Assembly: GCF_006345805.1 (NCBI RefSeq)
Contig: NC_043006.1
Span: 6,200,001-6,264,000 of the forward strand
Direction: 5' to 3'
From: Octopus sinensis
Taxonomy: Eukaryota
Length of the DNA stretch: 64,000 bases
Below the pieces are notes generated by a model, which made no database searches, was not told the origin of the DNA, and worked only from the letters and a program-made list of their open reading frames with translations. Positions 62,401-64,000 of the stretch are shown here, one piece after another; position 1 is the stretch's first letter; each line of letters begins with the position of its first letter. A program made the position numbers and the translations under genes.

Positions 62401-64000
62401 CCTCATCTCTTAAATATAGATCTGTAAAACTATGGAAAGTTTGACCTCAGACAAAGTAATAAGAGACAGAAATACCACTTTGCAAATCTAGCCAACAAGC
62501 TTTTAAAGAAAAGGGTATTGTTGATTTAATGTGAAAATTAAAGTTGATCCCGGTATGATTTGAACCTAAAGACATGTAGATGGAAACTGAAAGAAGCACA
62601 TCCTGTTTGTGTATATTTGGGTCTCCTTGTCTTGATATTGTGTAATGTTCTAAATCAATGACATTCATTTCCAGCATTTTGTGGAGACATGTTCTATAGC
62701 CCCGAGTCGACCGAAGCTTTGTGATTGAATTCGGTAGGCAGAAGTTACTGCCATGTAGGTGCTCAGTGCCTCTCCGAAAGAGAGAGAGGGATGCCTGGCT
62801 AAAGAGAAATATTACCTTGCATGGAAACAGGCAAGGGTTTGCATCTGGCCATAGAAAATCCGCCTTGTGCAAACATGGCAAAGGGTTCACTGAAACAATA
62901 ACAATGATTAGTTCATCGATTATGAAACTAAAGATCAAGAGTCAACACTATAGGTAAATAGTGAGAAGCAGATTAAAGTCTAATTACTGTATGATTAACG
63001 TTACAGTTAATTGTATTATGTGGCATCCTCAGTTCGATATTGAACGGTTGGCTCTAAGGACTGGAAAAAATGGTTTAGCAACAACAAAATTAACACATGG
63101 AGAGGATAAAACAATAGTAAAAAAACAATTGAGCTGTTTAAGTTCATCATCATCATCATCGTTTAACATCCGCTTTCCATGCTAGCATGGGTTGGACGAT
63201 TTTGACTGAGGACTGGTGAACCAGATGGCTGCACCAGGGTCCAATCTTGATCTGGCAGAGTTTGTACAGCTGGATGCCCTTCCTAACGCCAACCACTCCG
63301 AGAGTGTAGTGGGTGCTTTTACGTGCCACCGGCAACAACCTCTTTTCAATATTTCAGTAAAGCTACCTAATCTGTACTAATGTACGATTGTTTTACAATA
63401 AGAGCAGCCAACGGTAAAACAACTGTTTGAATTAATTAATTACAATTGAATGGAATTTGTGGGAGCCATTCATATCAGACAACAGATAAAGAGGAAAGCA
63501 TTAAATATAAACATGGAGGAATAATTTGAGGGAAGTAATTAGTTGAATAGATAAAAGCAATTATTGTTGTGTGTTCAGTCTAGTAACGAAGGCATGTTGT
63601 TATATAATGAATATGATAGTACCACCACCACCCCAACCAAGTTCACCTATCTCCTCTCTCAAATCCAAGTGAAAATCAATTGATAGAACCTCACTTATCT
63701 GGGAGAGGCTATGGACCATCATGGTTATTGCCCTTCATACTCAAATAAAATAAACGATGATGAGTTAAGATAACAAGTCAATTAACAACTATTTGTTTGT
63801 TGTAGATAAAACAAAAAAGCTATTAGTACAGGATTAAAGACTATCTGTACAGACGATTATTGATAAAAGGTCACTCGGCATCGATCACAAGATATTTGTA
63901 CTTTGTACTAAATTTATTGACATTGAACAATTAACTTCTCAAGGACTCATTTGAAAGTTAATGCTTCTTAAAGCCTAAAAATTTTAGGGGAGAAGATACA

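Overview
AT-rich, repeat-dense animal genomic DNA. The SINE families, (TA)n/(ATC)n microsatellites, Penelope, RTE, CR1 and mariner remnants look like an octopus (coleoid cephalopod) genome; this is recognition, not a database result. Most long ORFs in the supplied track are repeat artefacts. The real coding content is a minus-strand cytochrome c cluster assembled by hand from splice sites. (1) An intact but atypical 109-aa cytochrome c: coding exons 54312-54132 and 51840-51692, with CAQCH and Met80 present but G34C, K73E and extra C-terminal cysteines. (2) A four-exon gene (24357-24309, 19021-18967, 17934-17804, 10557-10409) whose exons join in phase into a 127-aa protein with a classical signal peptide and a cytochrome c-derived body lacking CXXCH and Met80. 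This suggests a secreted, probably heme-less cytochrome c offshoot. (3) A further cytochrome c-like terminal exon (2798-2647) with Met80 replaced by Leu, preceded by a candidate N-half exon carrying an in-frame TGA. All three C-half exons start at the same phase-1 intron in the Gly56 codon and share Cys102. Other features: two oppositely oriented 21/63-bp satellite arrays, a U6 retrocopy, Penelope elements with hammerhead-ribozyme cores, a CRE-clade retrotransposon and several local duplications. Gene models are manual predictions without transcript support; repeat boundaries are approximate. Residue numbers for cytochrome c use horse numbering.
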